Assembly: GCA_043228905.1 (NCBI GenBank)
Contig: JBHGNT010000015.1
Coordinates: 8,742,001-8,806,000 of the forward strand
Direction of reading: 5' to 3'
DNA length: 64,000 nucleotides
Source of the DNA: Azolla caroliniana
Lineage: Eukaryota > Plantae > Polypodiophyta
Shown: positions 50,064 to 63,685 of the stretch, one piece after another
How positions within the stretch are numbered: position 1 is the first letter of the stretch
Layout of the letters: the number at the start of each line of letters is the position of its first letter
Program-made: the position numbers and the translations under genes
Notes under the pieces: generated by a model
Databases searched by the model: none
What the model saw: the letters and a program-made list of their open reading frames with translations, nothing else
Told to the model about the DNA's origin: nothing

Positions 50064-53000
50064 TGTCATGCCTTTCGGCTCCGGATCATTGCGTGAGTTA
50101 GGTGGGAACCATTGAGGTTTTGGACTAGGAGAAAGAAGAATATGAGATAAGGCTCTTTATGAATGGATTGCAAGAAAGAGATATATTTGAAGGAAGATAT
50201 GAAACTCGTGAATCTCACGAGTATAGTGTATTAATTGATACTTAGAATGTAAGAGAGAAATAGATGGCAAAATCGTGAATCCCACGAATATATTAGATTG
50301 ATCAAATCCTTGTAAAATAATCAACAACTCCTATACATCTTTCTCTCTTCCTTATATAGTGTTGGAAGAGTCTAAGTTTATTATATGCAAGCATCATGCT
50401 TTTCCTAACTTTAGTTTTCATGCACTCTGCATGTGCATGATTAGCTTTCTTTCCCATCTTTTCTTTTAACTCGAGTGTATATGCATGAATAACTTTTTGT
50501 ACCATGCATATCTAGGATATTTACATGGAATAAAGTTTAGTATAACTTTAAAATTCATAATATGCTAGTATAGTGGTAAGGTTGGGGTTTGTCTATGTGG
50601 AGGTACATGGTTCGAATCTTGCCCTATGCACATAATAAATATTTTTAATATTTTATTTTATTTATTATATGTACATTAAATCGGATATAGTATTTTACAT
50701 ATTTCACGTAGTGTGTGATTCACACTATGACAATCGCCCCCTCCGAACCCGCATATCCTCCGGTATGTGCCGAAGTCCCTGATGCTTGCTATTCACCTTC
50801 ATCCGAAGCTTCCTCCGATTCTCCCCTTAAGTCAACTATGATTGTAATCCACTTTCTTCGCTTTCCACATCACCGCGATCTTTGTCCGATTGCTCCTCCT
50901 TGTCGGTCTTGTCTAGGATCACATAGGGTTCTTCATTAGTCCGCTTTTTGAAAATCTTCACCCGTTTTCCGGTTATAGGCACTCGTAGCATCCAACTCGC
51001 ATAGTCGGTAAGTTCCGTTGTCGAAAACTTTCCGAACCTCGTATGGCCCGAACCACCTTTTCGCGAACTTCCGCATCGTTGTATGTTGATGATCCAAACT
51101 ACTATCGTAGACAATCACCCAATCTCCTTCTTCAATCTTCCGCGGTCATAGTCGGTGCTTTGTGTAGAACCGGCTTTTATTCCGGAATCGCGCTTCTTGT
51201 TGTCGGTGTATTGCTTCCGCTATGTCTTCCGGTCTTCCCTCTAGTTGTCGTATCCGAACCGCTAGTAGTTCTTCCCGGCTCATCTCTTCCTTCCACGGTA
51301 GCACTGTCCATGTCGCGATCGCGTTTTCTGATGACATTACCGGTGCTTGTCCGGTCATGAGTTCTGCCGGCATGTAACCGGTTACGGAGCTATGCGTCGT
51401 CCGATCCCCCTATAGTGCATACGGAAGCATCTGTGGCCAATCCTTCACCCGTCCGTCGCATGCTTTGGCAAGTGCTTTGACGATCGGACTATGTCCTAAT
51501 TCGATTTTCCCGTTGGCCACAAGATTGTATGTCGTTGTTAGTGTTAACCGAACTCCATGTTTGGTGAAGTATTCTTTAGCTTTATCAGAGTCTAGTTCTC
51601 CTCGATCCGCAATCACTTGTCCTACGCACTCGTACCTCCAAAAGAAATTGGCATACCGCAGAACACGTTATCCTTCGTATTGCCCAACCTTCTACTTGGT
51701 TTGTGAGATCTTCCCGAGCTAACACCAAGTACTTCTTTTGTCCGATCCCAGTTGGCATGGCTACAATATCGACCATCCACTTGAAGTTGATTGTCGGTGA
51801 GAATGTCGGATGTAACTCACTCGGTGTCAAACTCTGGAGTAGATTTGACACTTCTCGTAGCTTTCCATGAACTCCACTATATCTTTGTACATGTTCTTCC
51901 ACTGATATTTTTGTTTGATTTTCACAAAAGTTGCCCATGTTCCTCGATGTCCAGCCCAAATGGATTCGTGAAACTCGGACATTATCCGATTTCGTTGGTC
52001 TTTCGTCCCGACTACCCGAAGTGGTATGCCATCCGGTCTTTTCGGCTCCCTCCATATTAATCCATTTGGGTATAGGTCATATCCGGAGTATAGGTCTCCG
52101 ATGGAGTATATCGCGCGTCCGGCAAATGCTTCCACAAATTTGTCCACTATCAGACCGACTCCAGAGTTCCGGATCGTGACTTTGTTCACCGGTTGCAAGT
52201 CTTGGATAAATTGGAGTAACCCATTCTTCTTCAGAACTGTAAACCATCGATTTGAGTACGGAGCATTTGATGGTTCTAGAATCCCTATCGCCACCTTCTC
52301 CTTGAGCAAGTCGATGACTTTTGGAATATGCGCCTGCGGCACCGGAATTGGCTTTAGGTTCCACGGCACATGGTCAATCGTGAAGATCACCATCGGCTCC
52401 ACTATCTTCAGATCAACGCACCCTATATCCTTCGATGTGAATGCAAATGCTTTCCCATGTTGTTCCAACATCCCACGGAATCGTTCCTCTTCATTTTGTA
52501 AAATGAAACCACCTCCACTGATCTGAAGTTTCTTCCGGGTCTCATCCGTGAAGGCATGTCCGATATCCACGGACTTCCGAAGTGTCGGATCTCCCAAGAC
52601 TTCTTACCTCTTTTGTTTGCTATCTGCAGGTAACGGTCCTGCGGCCGGTTTCACTTTCTTCTCCACTGTCTTGTATTTCGTACTTACCATTGCTTCTTCT
52701 TTGCGGAGTGCATCCGGCCCCATTTTTGCAATGATCTCGTACATCTCGACCGATTCCACCGGAATTACCCAGTTTCCCTGGCTTGTATCTTCCGCGAGCT
52801 CTTCAAGCCGTTGTAGCGTGCTCCCATAGAACACTTCTTCGATTATTCCCACGATTTCTTCTTCTTCTTTTATTATTGATGCCGACCATAAATTATCCTC
52901 CACTTTTCGGTATTCTTTCTTCATTCCTCCGGTTACGGCCGTGTACGTGGATGCCCTATCCGGACCGATTCATACTTGTTTTGCTCCGAGAGTTTTCTTC

Positions 53001-54195
53001 CTGTGTGAGGTATCAGGGCTTCTCGGACTATCACTTCCCCACTCTACAACAGTTCACTCTAAAAATCCATCCTTGTTTGGGACAAGAGCTCTCTCTTGTT
53101 CCTTTCATGATTTGTTGGCACAGTTAGGAATTGGATGGATTTCCCTCCACTTTGGCTCCGAATTCATGCGAAAGCTGCACCGCTATCGAGCACCTTCGTC
53201 TCCATCCGTGATGCCGTGATAAATGGTTGCCCGAGGATTACGGAATGTGATACCTCATCTTGTACGAAGAAATTTTGGTCGATCTCGACATCCCCGATCT
53301 TCACCATCACATCCGGACAAGCTGCAAATAGATCTTCCGTTGCTTTAGTGGCTGCCCGGATCTTCCATCCATTGTTAGTGTTTATATGCCACTTCCCCTT
53401 CCAGTAGAACTCCTTGGACATCAAATTGATCTCCGATCCATGATCAATCAATGCTAGCACGGGCTCCTGCATGTTGCCAATTCGAACCGGAGTCTCCGCC
53501 GTTGCATGTGCCCAGTGTGGCCTTGTGTAGTGGGAGTTCAGTATTTCGTCCTCCATTTCGGTGTCATTCATTAAGACGGTATTTGCATTCACCCCTTGGA
53601 GCATTTTCCTCTGTACTTTGTCTTTTTCTCTTCACGAGATCCACAAGAAGATTGTGGAACTCCTTCTTCGCTACCCGATTGTCGAGGATTCTCTCCTCGA
53701 ACACTTTCTTTATGTCCGTCTGTTGCTCGATGTCCGAAGTGAGTTTGAATGTCGGAATCGTTTTTCCTTTCTCTCTTCCTTTGGAGTTCCAACTGTCCGG
53801 TGTCTTCGATGGTCTAGCCGCATCCTCCGTGCGTCGTCGCTTCTTGTCCACATACACCTCATGTAATTGACATAGGGTGTATACGTTATTCCTATCGATG
53901 GGGCACTCCCATCCCGTAGCTTTCCGGATGCCTTCCGCAATGCTTCAAATCTCGTTGGAGTTGGTTTTCTCGATGGTTTCTAGCACTTTTGGCCCAAAAG
54001 ACACCTTTGCTCCCGATGACTCCCCGACACGTATTCCCGCGGTTGTTGCATAATTGCTCTTCGCCGCTATTTCCTCCTCTAGGACCTTCTTCATGCCGCC
54101 TTTTCGGAAGTTCGGTCGGAGCGGCTTCCGAGAGTCCATCGAATGAATCTGATTTCCCTCGTAGTAGATAAGATCCCGTCGTAGTGCTTCCTTGT
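50064..54195 (-). mobile_element. Ty3/gypsy F, 3' portion, interrupted upstream by element E
   Basis: 3' LTR 50064-50732 (TGTCAT...ATGACA), PPT GGAGGGGGCGAT, protease LIDHGSEIN, RT start (YSNRWF, QDLQPVN, DLYSGYD) fused to the integrase zinc finger, integrase 50936-52055. Confidence 0.88.
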
Positions 54196-54685
54196 TGTTA
54201 ACTCTTAGGGCCGGACAATGGCCTAACACAGGGTGTCTATGGAAGACACTTCACCCAAGGGGTGTTACGGCAAGAGGATTATGCTTCAACGATTAATCCA
54301 CCTTAATTAGGTTACTTAGCAAGATCGTCCTTAATGATCACACGCATAAGATATAACAATGAATGCAGAACGGCAATCAACACAGAGAGATAAAAACATT
54401 AAGCTTTATTAATTAACCACTCCTCATTACATTGTATCCGGGCCTTTAAATAGGTTTCCGGTCTGTAGTACAAAACGGTGCCATTCGCACCTGTTCAGGA
54501 TCGGTCCGAATCCGGAAGGGCATACCGATTCCGGTCCGTCCGTCCACACTCATAGCTTACTTACAACCATTCCTAATAATTAATTAACTCCTCCGTTTCA
54601 CACTCTGGACTCCTTTGCCGGCCGGTAACACATGACACGTCCGTGGGACAGTACCTTGTACGTCGAATCCACCATCCAACCCTTG

Positions 54686-57665
54686 TTATTCTTCGTCCAA
54701 AATATCCAGAATGCTTTGTTCGAGAGTCTCCAATGGTTCATCTGGAATTGGTTGTTGTTGTTGTTGTGGTTGCTTCTGGTGCTGTTGCTGCTCCGTTGAT
54801 GGCTGCTGCGACTTGTCCTTTGATGGTTGTTGCGGCTGCTCCTCCGTTTGTTGCTCTGACACCGGCGTTTCCGTCGTTGCTCCCTCCATCATAGTGGTCT
54901 CTGGTTGACTGGTTCTGGCCTGGCCCTCGGCCGCCGACAGTTCCTCATGACTAAGGTTAACCGTTGTCGCTTCCCGTGCTTTTTCTTCCTGAACCCAGGA
55001 CCGCTCGTAGCTTTCAAATTGGATTTGAGCGTCCAACCTATCATCGTCTAGCTGAGCTACGAGTTGTCGGACCTGCGCCAGCTGTTCATCCGCCAGGACT
55101 TGGAAGTCTTCGGCCCGTATAGCGGTGAAGTCCTCGGAAGTCAACGTGTAACAATCATCTCCTTCCTTCCGTCGGTTTGCCACATCTACCCATAGCAATT
55201 GGAGTTCCGCCGCATTTTGTGCCCACTTTGTCCACCATCTTACGGAGCTTTCGTCAATCAAGCGTTTTGTCTGATTCAACCATGCCCGGAGGATGCACTG
55301 AATCCGGCCCGTTCCCAATTGCGATTTGATCTCCGCTGCTTGCCGTTCCTCCTTCAATTGCTTGATGATTTTGACGTTGTCTTCCGCCTGCTCCTTGTAA
55401 TGCGTCAATTGCCTTTGATATGTGCTTTGTAATTTTTGCAATACCGTTGACGCTCTCTCCTTTTCTTCCTGCTGCTACCTCTGGAGCTCCGTCTGGACCT
55501 TCTCCGCCTCGTCCAACCGTCTTGTATTTTCCGCTCGTTCGTCGGCAAGCGCCGTCGCCGCCTGATCAACTTCCTGCTGGAGCTCGGCCACCCGTTCCTT
55601 ATGCTCCGTTTCCAGCCTTTTGTAGTCCCGGTGCAGGTGCTCAAAATCATCTGTCTTTTGTTTGAGCCGTGCGTTGATCTGTCGAAGGGCCCGATCCTCA
55701 CAGTCCTTCTGCTGGCGGAGCTCTCTCCCTTTCGCCGTTCAATTTCCGTTTCCGCCGTCTTCCGCAGCTTGTCCTTTTCCTACAGCACTTTGTCTTTTTC
55801 CTCCCTTAGCCAGTCGTACGCTTGATGGCCTTTCCGAAGGCTCTCCTCTGCCCGACGGAGGTTCTCAGCAGTCTTCTTTAATTCTGCTTCGGCCACTGTC
55901 TTCAATTCCCGTTCCCGGCTCCTTAGCGCTTCTTGTGCGACAAGTTCATCTCTCAATTCCGAAAGCTCCTGGGCTTGCGCCGCATCTCTCTCTGGAACGG
56001 TTTCCATTGCCGAGGTCTTATTAGTATGTACAGGTTGGTCGGGTTCTTTATTCTGTACACTTACCGGAGTCACCGGTGATTGGATCTGTGTTGCCATTAA
56101 GGCCATTTTGGCCATTTCTACCGTGACCTGATCCAAGTCTTTTTCAAGGCACCGGATTCTGGACCGGGCCGTCTCTAGTTGTTTAGTTGTGACGAGCAAC
56201 CGTTCGCTGTGCGCTCTTTCTTCCGCCTCAATATACCCCACTGCTCCGGCAATCTGTTCGCCTATCCACCGGAGCCATAGGCTACCGGTGCATTGTTGTT
56301 GCGCTTGCACGGAGGTTTGACGGATGGGCTCGCTTGTAGATGGGTGGTCCCGCCTGATTGTGCCGAGTTGCAATTCCGTTTCCGCCCGTGGACTACCCTG
56401 TTGTCCTGGTTCCCCTTGCGCTTCTTCTTGGTTGGCCGAGGGAGGCTGTATTGACCTTTCCGGCTCTGGCGGAATGGGACTTGCCAGTGGTGCAAGGGAT
56501 TCTGATTCCGGTGCCATGCGCACCGGTTCTGGTTCCTCCCTTGGCGTGGGAGTCTCAGTATGGGGAGCCGGTGTTCCCTCCGTCTGAGGGTTCGAATGTT
56601 TCCCTGCTGCCTCAACGGTCCTTGCCGACGACCGTCGCTGGAGGTGCTCCGTAGGCTCCTCCTCTATTTCCTCTTCCTGAGTCCCGGCATTGAGTTTTGC
56701 CGCCAAGGGGTCCGCTTCTCTATTCACCGGTCGGCGGAGTGTAACCTTTACGGGCCGTACCGGTGGTTCCTCCTGCGCATGCGTTGGCCGCTTCCGGCTT
56801 GCGCTCTCCTTTCCCGCCTGTTCTGCGTCCGCCGCCTTCCCCTTAGTGGCCTTAGAGGCCAACAACTGTTGTCTTTTGGAAGCAGTCTTTGGGGTGCCGT
56901 CCGCCACTCTTCCCCGCTTCTTGGGCTGGACGGGTGGCACAAGCAAAAATGAGCCACTGCGTTACTGCGTGCCATATCTTCCGTCCTTCTCGGCCTTCTT
57001 TGTCAGCTTTTCCTCTGACGATCTCGATCGGCGCACACAAACCGTCTGCAATCAATACCGGCCAATCCACCTTGATCCCTTCATAGGTGGCGATGATCAT
57101 CCCTACCCGGTTCTGCGGCATGACAGGGGGTCTAGGGTACACATGGCCGTATTCGTGGAGCACACAAGCAATCTCGCAGAACAGCATATCTCCAGCGCCC
57201 TGTGTCCGGTAGCCCTTGCTGGCTAGGGAGTACTCACCAAAATACTTCATGAGTTGCTCCGAGGTCGGATTGTCGATCGTGAATATGCCTCCCTCCGAAA
57301 GGCCTGTTAATGCACGGATCGCCTCATCCGTTATGACCTCTGTGTCGATTTCTTTGATCACCTTGTCGGTTTCTTTGTGTGGCAGTACCTCCATAATCGT
57401 CAAGAAGCCCTCGAGTCCGTGTTGCTTTATCCATTTCTTGACGGCTTCCGACAGCGTTTGCGGGTCCATGTCTGTGTCGAGGTCGGATTGTGGTGGCGAG
57501 GTTGGCTGGTGATGAGAGTGAGATTGAGAGAGAGAGAGTTCAGAAAGCGGGGGTTCTCTGTGCGTAGGTTCTCGTCTGATGATCTTCAGCACCTTGGTGC
57601 TTCTGTGCTCCTGGGTTTGCGAAAGTAGAGGGTCTCCACGCGCAGTGGTTTTTCTCTGTGCATTC
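54686..57665 (-). pseudogene. Extra ORF of gypsy E (globular N-domain, Pro/Glu-rich linker, long coiled coil, Gln-rich tail), frameshifted
   Basis: ORFs 56852-57592, 55780-56946, 55405-55701 and 54686-55441 overlap in series on the gag-pol strand. Both ends are homologous to gypsy D. Confidence 0.7.
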
Positions 57666-57848
57666 TGGCGCCTTTTTCGAGTGTGTGCACGTCGTGTACT
57701 AAAATAGCATTATGTCCTGTGGTGGCACTTAAATGCCCACTACGTACCTTTTCGCTCCTCACTCTCTCGTCCATTCATACCTCGCTTTTGCATGATTACT
57801 TCATTTGTTTTTTTTTTTTTTTTTGATAAATTTTAATGTGGTGTGAGG

Positions 57849-60800
57849 TTAGTTGTCCATTGGTCCTATCGGACCCTTACCGGCCTCATTACGGTTTGCC
57901 ATCACCTCATTCTCCCCTGTTACCGGCTTGCCGTCTCCTCCGTCTTGGTGGTTGCCGTTCCCCTCACAAGTTGCCGTTTCCTCACCAGTGTCGGTCCTTT
58001 GCTCAAATGGGTTCTTGGGCATCGGTCCTCTATATGGCTTCAATCGGAATCCGTTGACCCATTTGCCTAGCACTTCGCCGGCAAGTGTCCCTAACTAGTA
58101 GGACCCATTATACTCACGTGTCAGGCAATACGGGCCGGTCCATCTAAACCGTAGTTTTCCCGGCATCTTGCCCATTCGGGTCTGAAATACTAACACCGAC
58201 TTGCCGATTGCGAACATTTTTTCATTTCCTTTCCTGTGCCGGTCGACAAATGCTTTCCGTCGCCGTTGTTCCAATTCTAACTGCAGGATGCTTGCCAGTC
58301 GTTGTTCCTCGAGTTCACACAACGCTGTTAACCGTATTGCCTCCGACTCCTTCTCGTTCAGCCGTTCCCGTAGCTGGATCCATAAGCTGGGTACTTGGAA
58401 TTCCACCGGCATTACCGCCTCTAGTCTGAACGCTAACTGGAACGGTGTTGTTCGGATGCTCGTTTTATATGTTGTTCAGTATGCCCAAAGCGCGCTATGT
58501 AGCTTGGTATCCCAATCCGTTCGGTTTTCGTTGACGATCTTCCGGAGGATATTCTGGAGCGTTTTGTTTATCGATTCAGCTAACCCGTTTGCTTGCGGAT
58601 AGTATGGTGTGCTCCGTTTATGGACAATGGCATAGAATGTCGTCAGGCTTTCAACTACTTGGCCGAGAAAGTGCCCCCCTTGGTCGCTTATTACTTCAAT
58701 CGGGCATCTCTAACGGCACCAGATGTATTCGTATAGAAATTTTGTCGTTGACGCAACGGTGTTGTCTCTTAAGGCTTTGGTCTCCACCCATTTCGTGCAG
58801 TAATCCGTCGCGACGATGACGTACCGATTACCTGTTCTCATTGCCGGTGGTTTGAACGGTCCAACAAAGTCCAGCCCCCACTTCTGGAATGGTTCAAGTG
58901 GTAGTACAGGCTAGTGTGGCATCCAAGCCTGCTCCGTTGGCTAGCCCATTCGCTGGCATAGGTCACATTCTTTTGCGTACTGTACATCATCTCTTAATGT
59001 AGTTGGCCACCATAGGCCACTTTGCCATATTTTCCTGGCCGTCGCATCTCCGGCATAGTGACCTCCGGCAACTCCGTAGTGGGCTTCCCTCAGTATGAGG
59101 TCCTTTTCATCGCTACGCACAGCCCGTCTCCATATGCCGTCCGCGCCCTTGTGGTAAAGTGTGTCTCGCAGTAAGCAGAAATATCGGCTTTGCACCGCTA
59201 GGCGTTTCCTTTCATCCCGGTTCATCTCTTCCGGAGGCAATCCTGTGCTCAGAAACTGGTGCATATTTGTGAGCCACTTGTCTTCCTGTGCCACCGTCTC
59301 ATCTGTTGTCGTTTCCGTAGTGACTCGAAACAGCTCCGCATCCGGAAACTCGTCCGCTACTCCGTCGCCCATCTCTCCGGACTCTAATCGGCTTAAATAA
59401 TCCGCTACGGCATGTTGTATACCGGGTCGGTGGAATATTTCGAACTCGAATTCCTGTAACAGTAAGGTCCACTTGGCCAATTTACCGGTGAGTGACGCCT
59501 TGGACACTAGGTAGAGGAGTGCCGAATGATCTACGTGGAAGGAAAACTTCCTTCCCAATAAATAATGCCGAAACTTTGTCACACTGTAGATCATCCCTAG
59601 AGCTTCCCGTTCCATGGTAGAGTAGTTCCGTTCCGCTTGGGATAGCTTTCGGCTGGCATAGTACACTGGCCGGTACCACTTTGGCTCCGTAAGCTGCATC
59701 AGTACACTTCTGATTGCGATGTCGGAGGCGTCCACGAACACATGAAATTCTTTACTCCAATCCGGAGGCTGCACTACCGATGCTTGCGACAATAGTACCT
59801 TGAGGGCCCTATACGCCCTATCCTCGGTGTCAGTCCACTGGAATGGTGTCCGATGTACGACAGCATGCAACGGTGTACCCAGGTCGGCCAAGTATCGGAG
59901 CATCTGGCTGTGCCACCGGATCTGGCCTAAGAACCGGCTCAATGCCTTTGCCGTTGCTGGTGTCGGTGCTTCTAATATGGCTTTCACTTTGTCTGGGTCG
60001 ACTGCAATGCCTTCCTGGCTCACAATATGTCCTAGTAAGGTTCCACTGGACACGCCAAATACACACTTCGCCGGATTCAAGCTTAGCCGGTACGCTCTAC
60101 ACTTTTCTAGACAAAGACGGAGGTGCTGAAAATGGTCCTCCTCCCGGCTATAGACGGCGAAATCGTCAAGGAAAACCTGCATAAAAGCCGGGATATATTC
60201 ACGAAAGATTTCCATGATGATTCGTTGAAATGTTGCCGGTGCAGTTTTGAGTCCGAACATCATCACCACGGCCACAAACACCCCCCATTCGGTGACGAAA
60301 GCCGTTTTCTCTTGGTCGTGGGGGTGCATCCGGATCTGATTATACCCGCTGAATCCATCTAGAAAGCTATAGACCTCATGGCCGGCGACGGCATCCAACA
60401 CTCCATCTGTGAACAGAAGTGGAAACGCATCCGTTACCGTAGCCGCATTGAGTTTCCGGTAGTCCACACAAACTCGAATTTTTCCGTTCTTCTTCGGTAC
60501 AGCTACGATCAGGCTCAACCATGTCGCTTTCTTTACCGGACGGATAAAGCCCACTCTTAGCAGTTTGTCGATTTCCTCCTTGACTTTGGCGGCATAATTG
60601 GGATTCATCTGGTACCGTCTTTGTGCCACTGGTTTTGCGTCCTCGCTCAAGTGAATCTAATGCTGGTATAATTGAGGGTCGAGCCCTCGCATGTCTACGT
60701 ATGACCAGGCGAACACGTCGCGAAATTCCATGAGAAGTGTGATCATCGCCGTTTTGTCTTCGGACTTCATCTCCTTGGCAATGTGCACCGGTTTTGCTTC

Positions 60801-61790
60801 GTCTGTGGTACCTAGGTTCACCTCTTCAAGTTGCGACGCTTTTACGCGCTGTGAAACGGCCATTTCCCGTTCCAACGCTTCCTGCACTTGCCATAACTGT
60901 CGGATTGCGTCTTTATCCGGTTCTGCTTCAGTCTCTTCCGACTGCAGTAAGTATGGTGGTACTGCTTCGGCAATGTCAATTTCGAAGAGGGGTACGATCT
61001 TCGGGTTTTCCTGCAAGTACTGAGCTTCTTCTTCATCAGCTAACCCTTCTAGCATGTTGACGCACTCTGCATACAACGGTGTACATTTCTTGCCAGTGCT
61101 CGTCCTTGGATGTGTTGGTACCTGTACCTTGGCTTTTCCTCGCCGGAAGGTAATTATATTTTTCCTCCAATTCTGTTTGATATGTGCCGTTTTCAACCAC
61201 GGCCGCCCCAGCAATAGCGGGTATGCGCCTTGTGCCTGTAATTGTAGCACTACTTCCGAGATGTGAAATGTATGAACGCCAACGGTGACTTCTAATTTTC
61301 GTATTAATCCTGTCGGCCGCACTGAGCTTGTATCGGCCATCCGTAACCAGAACGGACACGGCTCCCACTCGTGGATTCCCAGGGCATCACACGTCCGGAG
61401 GCTTATTACATTCACCCCGGAGCCTCCGTCTATTACTGTGTTGGGGAGTTCTTTCCCTTTTACAATGGCAGTAATTACCGGACTGTTGGTGTTCACCACC
61501 GTTGGTCCCTCAACCGGATTCGAGAAGAGTACCGGTGCCAGTGATGATTCTCCTCCCGTCATGGCTGTATTCAGTCCTTCCGTGAATCTCGGCACGAGCT
61601 GTAGGAGTCTTCCTAGTGGCAGCGTAATCTTGCATTCTTGCAATGCCTGCCATGTCTCGTTGTCGGAGTGATTGCCGTCGGCAAGCCCTACGGTGTTCTC
61701 CTTTTGTCGTTGTAAGTCGTGACATTTTGCTCGTTTGCTTTCTTCACCCATTCCGTCGCTTGCTTCCAGATGGTCTCTTGCGTCTCCCAT
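57849..61790 (-). pseudogene. pol: pol of gypsy E (PR-RT-RNase H-INT) with a few stops
   Basis: IDGGSGVN protease, LDGFSGYNQ and FLDDF RT, VDASD RNase H, HHCC integrase, GKLRFRWTGPY (GPY/F) motif. Confidence 0.92.
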
Positions 61791-61867
61791 TCCTTGGCCC
61801 TGCCCTTCGACCTTGTGGTCACCTGCTGCAGATCTGCCACTTCAGGGACTACCATATTTACTGCCGG

Positions 61868-63685
61868 TCATTTGTCATAGCTCCTCGCCGGGCATTGATT
61901 ACTATAATGGCCTTCTTGTCGGCAGTAGTAGCAGTAGGCTTTTCGGGTATTGCTGGATTCGGCATTGTCTGTTGTACCCGAGGCTGGTCCCGTGGTAAGC
62001 GCGGGGTTTTGGGCCGGTTGGCTGCTTGAAGCTCCTTGTTCTGAATCCCGTGGGTAGCCGCCTTTTTTGAAATGCCGTTTTTTGTTATAGTTCTTCTTAT
62101 TGTGGTACTCTTGACGAGGTTGGTCGTTATATCTGCCGTATTCCTCCCGTTGCTGACGATACTCGGGGGAGTGCTCCCGGTCGTAATGTTCGTATTGTCT
62201 ATTGTAATCCCGGTACCGATCATATCTATCATGCCGGTCATAGTTATCCCGCCGATCACCGTACCGGACATCATTCTCCCGTCGATCGCCATACCGGACA
62301 TCCTGTGCCGGTCGGTCGCGGTCCATTCGCCGCCAGCATTCCTCTTCTTCATCTTGGTTGCTGCGTGGCTCTATTTGTCGGACGGGCAGTGCTTGCCGGT
62401 TCAATAGATTATACTCGCACCTATCCGTCGTATGGCCCTTGGATTGACAGATTACACATTGCGTCCTCATAGTGCATTCTAGTGCCGAGTGTCCAGAATT
62501 CAAGCAAGTTGTGCAGTGTATTGCTTGCCGAAACCGGAGGTCTTCATCAGACGGTAACGCCCGTTGGAGTGCTCCCAGTGTGAGCCAGGAGCTTGTCTTT
62601 TCCATCTCTCTCACCCGGTCAATGACCTGGTCGATGGTACTTGTGCGGAAGTCAATTACCGTGCAAACCGTGCGTAGGGGTTCCCGGAGCACATTTAGGA
62701 ATATAGTCCGTAATTCCTCCTCCGGGGGTGCGCGGGCAAGCTGACTATGCATACGTTGAAACCGGATGACAAACTGGGGAATGCTCTCCCCTGCCTCCTA
62801 TCGAATGGTATAAAATAAGCCCACCATTACTGTCTGGTCCACCTCCTTTTGGAAAAAATGCAAGAATTTAGCTTTTAAATCTGCGAAGGTGGTGATGGTA
62901 GACGGGTCCTGCGTCCGGCGCCATCTCGCTGCCGCTCCCTCCAATGTGACGCCAAATTCTGCTATCTAAGAGCGTTCCTCTTCTTCCGGGCTCAATCGTT
63001 GGGACACATGGTTTGCTTCCCATGTCTGTTCAAAGGTGTGAACATGAGCTTCCGCGTCCGAATCATCTCTATACTTGGAGTACTGGAACGGCATGTCGTC
63101 GTCCGGTATCGGTGCGCGGGCTGGCGGTGTTGGTGGTCGTTCCTAGTTTTTCTCCGGCGTCGGTGGTCTTTCCTGATTTGTTTCCGGTGTCGGTGGTCTT
63201 TCCTCCTATTTTGGTGATGAAGGCCTCTCCTCCTCGACTTCCGGTGTCGGAGGTTGCTCTTCCTTTGCTGGTTCCGGAGGTTCCAGCCTTAGCACTTCCG
63301 GTTCCGGTGTCGGTACGATGTCCGATCCTACGTCCTCCGGTCCGCTCGGGGTTTCGTTGTTGCTACAGTAGTTCGTGTGCACGCTGTATTCCCCTTCGGA
63401 ATCCGATTCATACGCTGAAAAGGCTTCTGCTTCGCCTTCTCCGCTTGCCAACTCCTAGAGAAGGGATTCGGTTTCCCGGAGGCTGCTTAGGCTGCTGCCG
63501 TCGTCTGGGTGCGATGTTTGTTGTAACCAGAGGGACTCCTCCGCTACTCTCTGGATTACATTGGAAAACGAGCGATCCGCTCTAATTTCCTGCGCCGCTT
63601 GCTGGAAAGCCTCATGTCTCCTTTGCCTTTCGGCAAGGCGTCGAGTTCGATCTGTAACCAGGTCGTGCGTTGATCTAGTCATCCA
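61868..63685 (-). pseudogene. gag: gag of gypsy E
   Basis: Knuckles CTTCLNSGHSALEC, CVICQSKGHTTDRC and CYYCRQEGHYSNQC; Arg/Asp/Tyr-rich repeats; stops in the N-terminal half. Confidence 0.85.

Noticed and set aside
37317-50713. Apparent CACTA element (CACTACATGAAA ... TTTCACGTAGTG)
   Set aside because: No 3-bp TSD (GTA vs TGT). Both motifs lie about 20 bp inside two related, oppositely oriented LTRs that begin TGTCATAGTG, one of them with an adjacent PPT.
54686-57592. Retroviral-type env gene
   Set aside because: No visible signal peptide or transmembrane helix; the protein is hydrophilic and coiled-coil-like.
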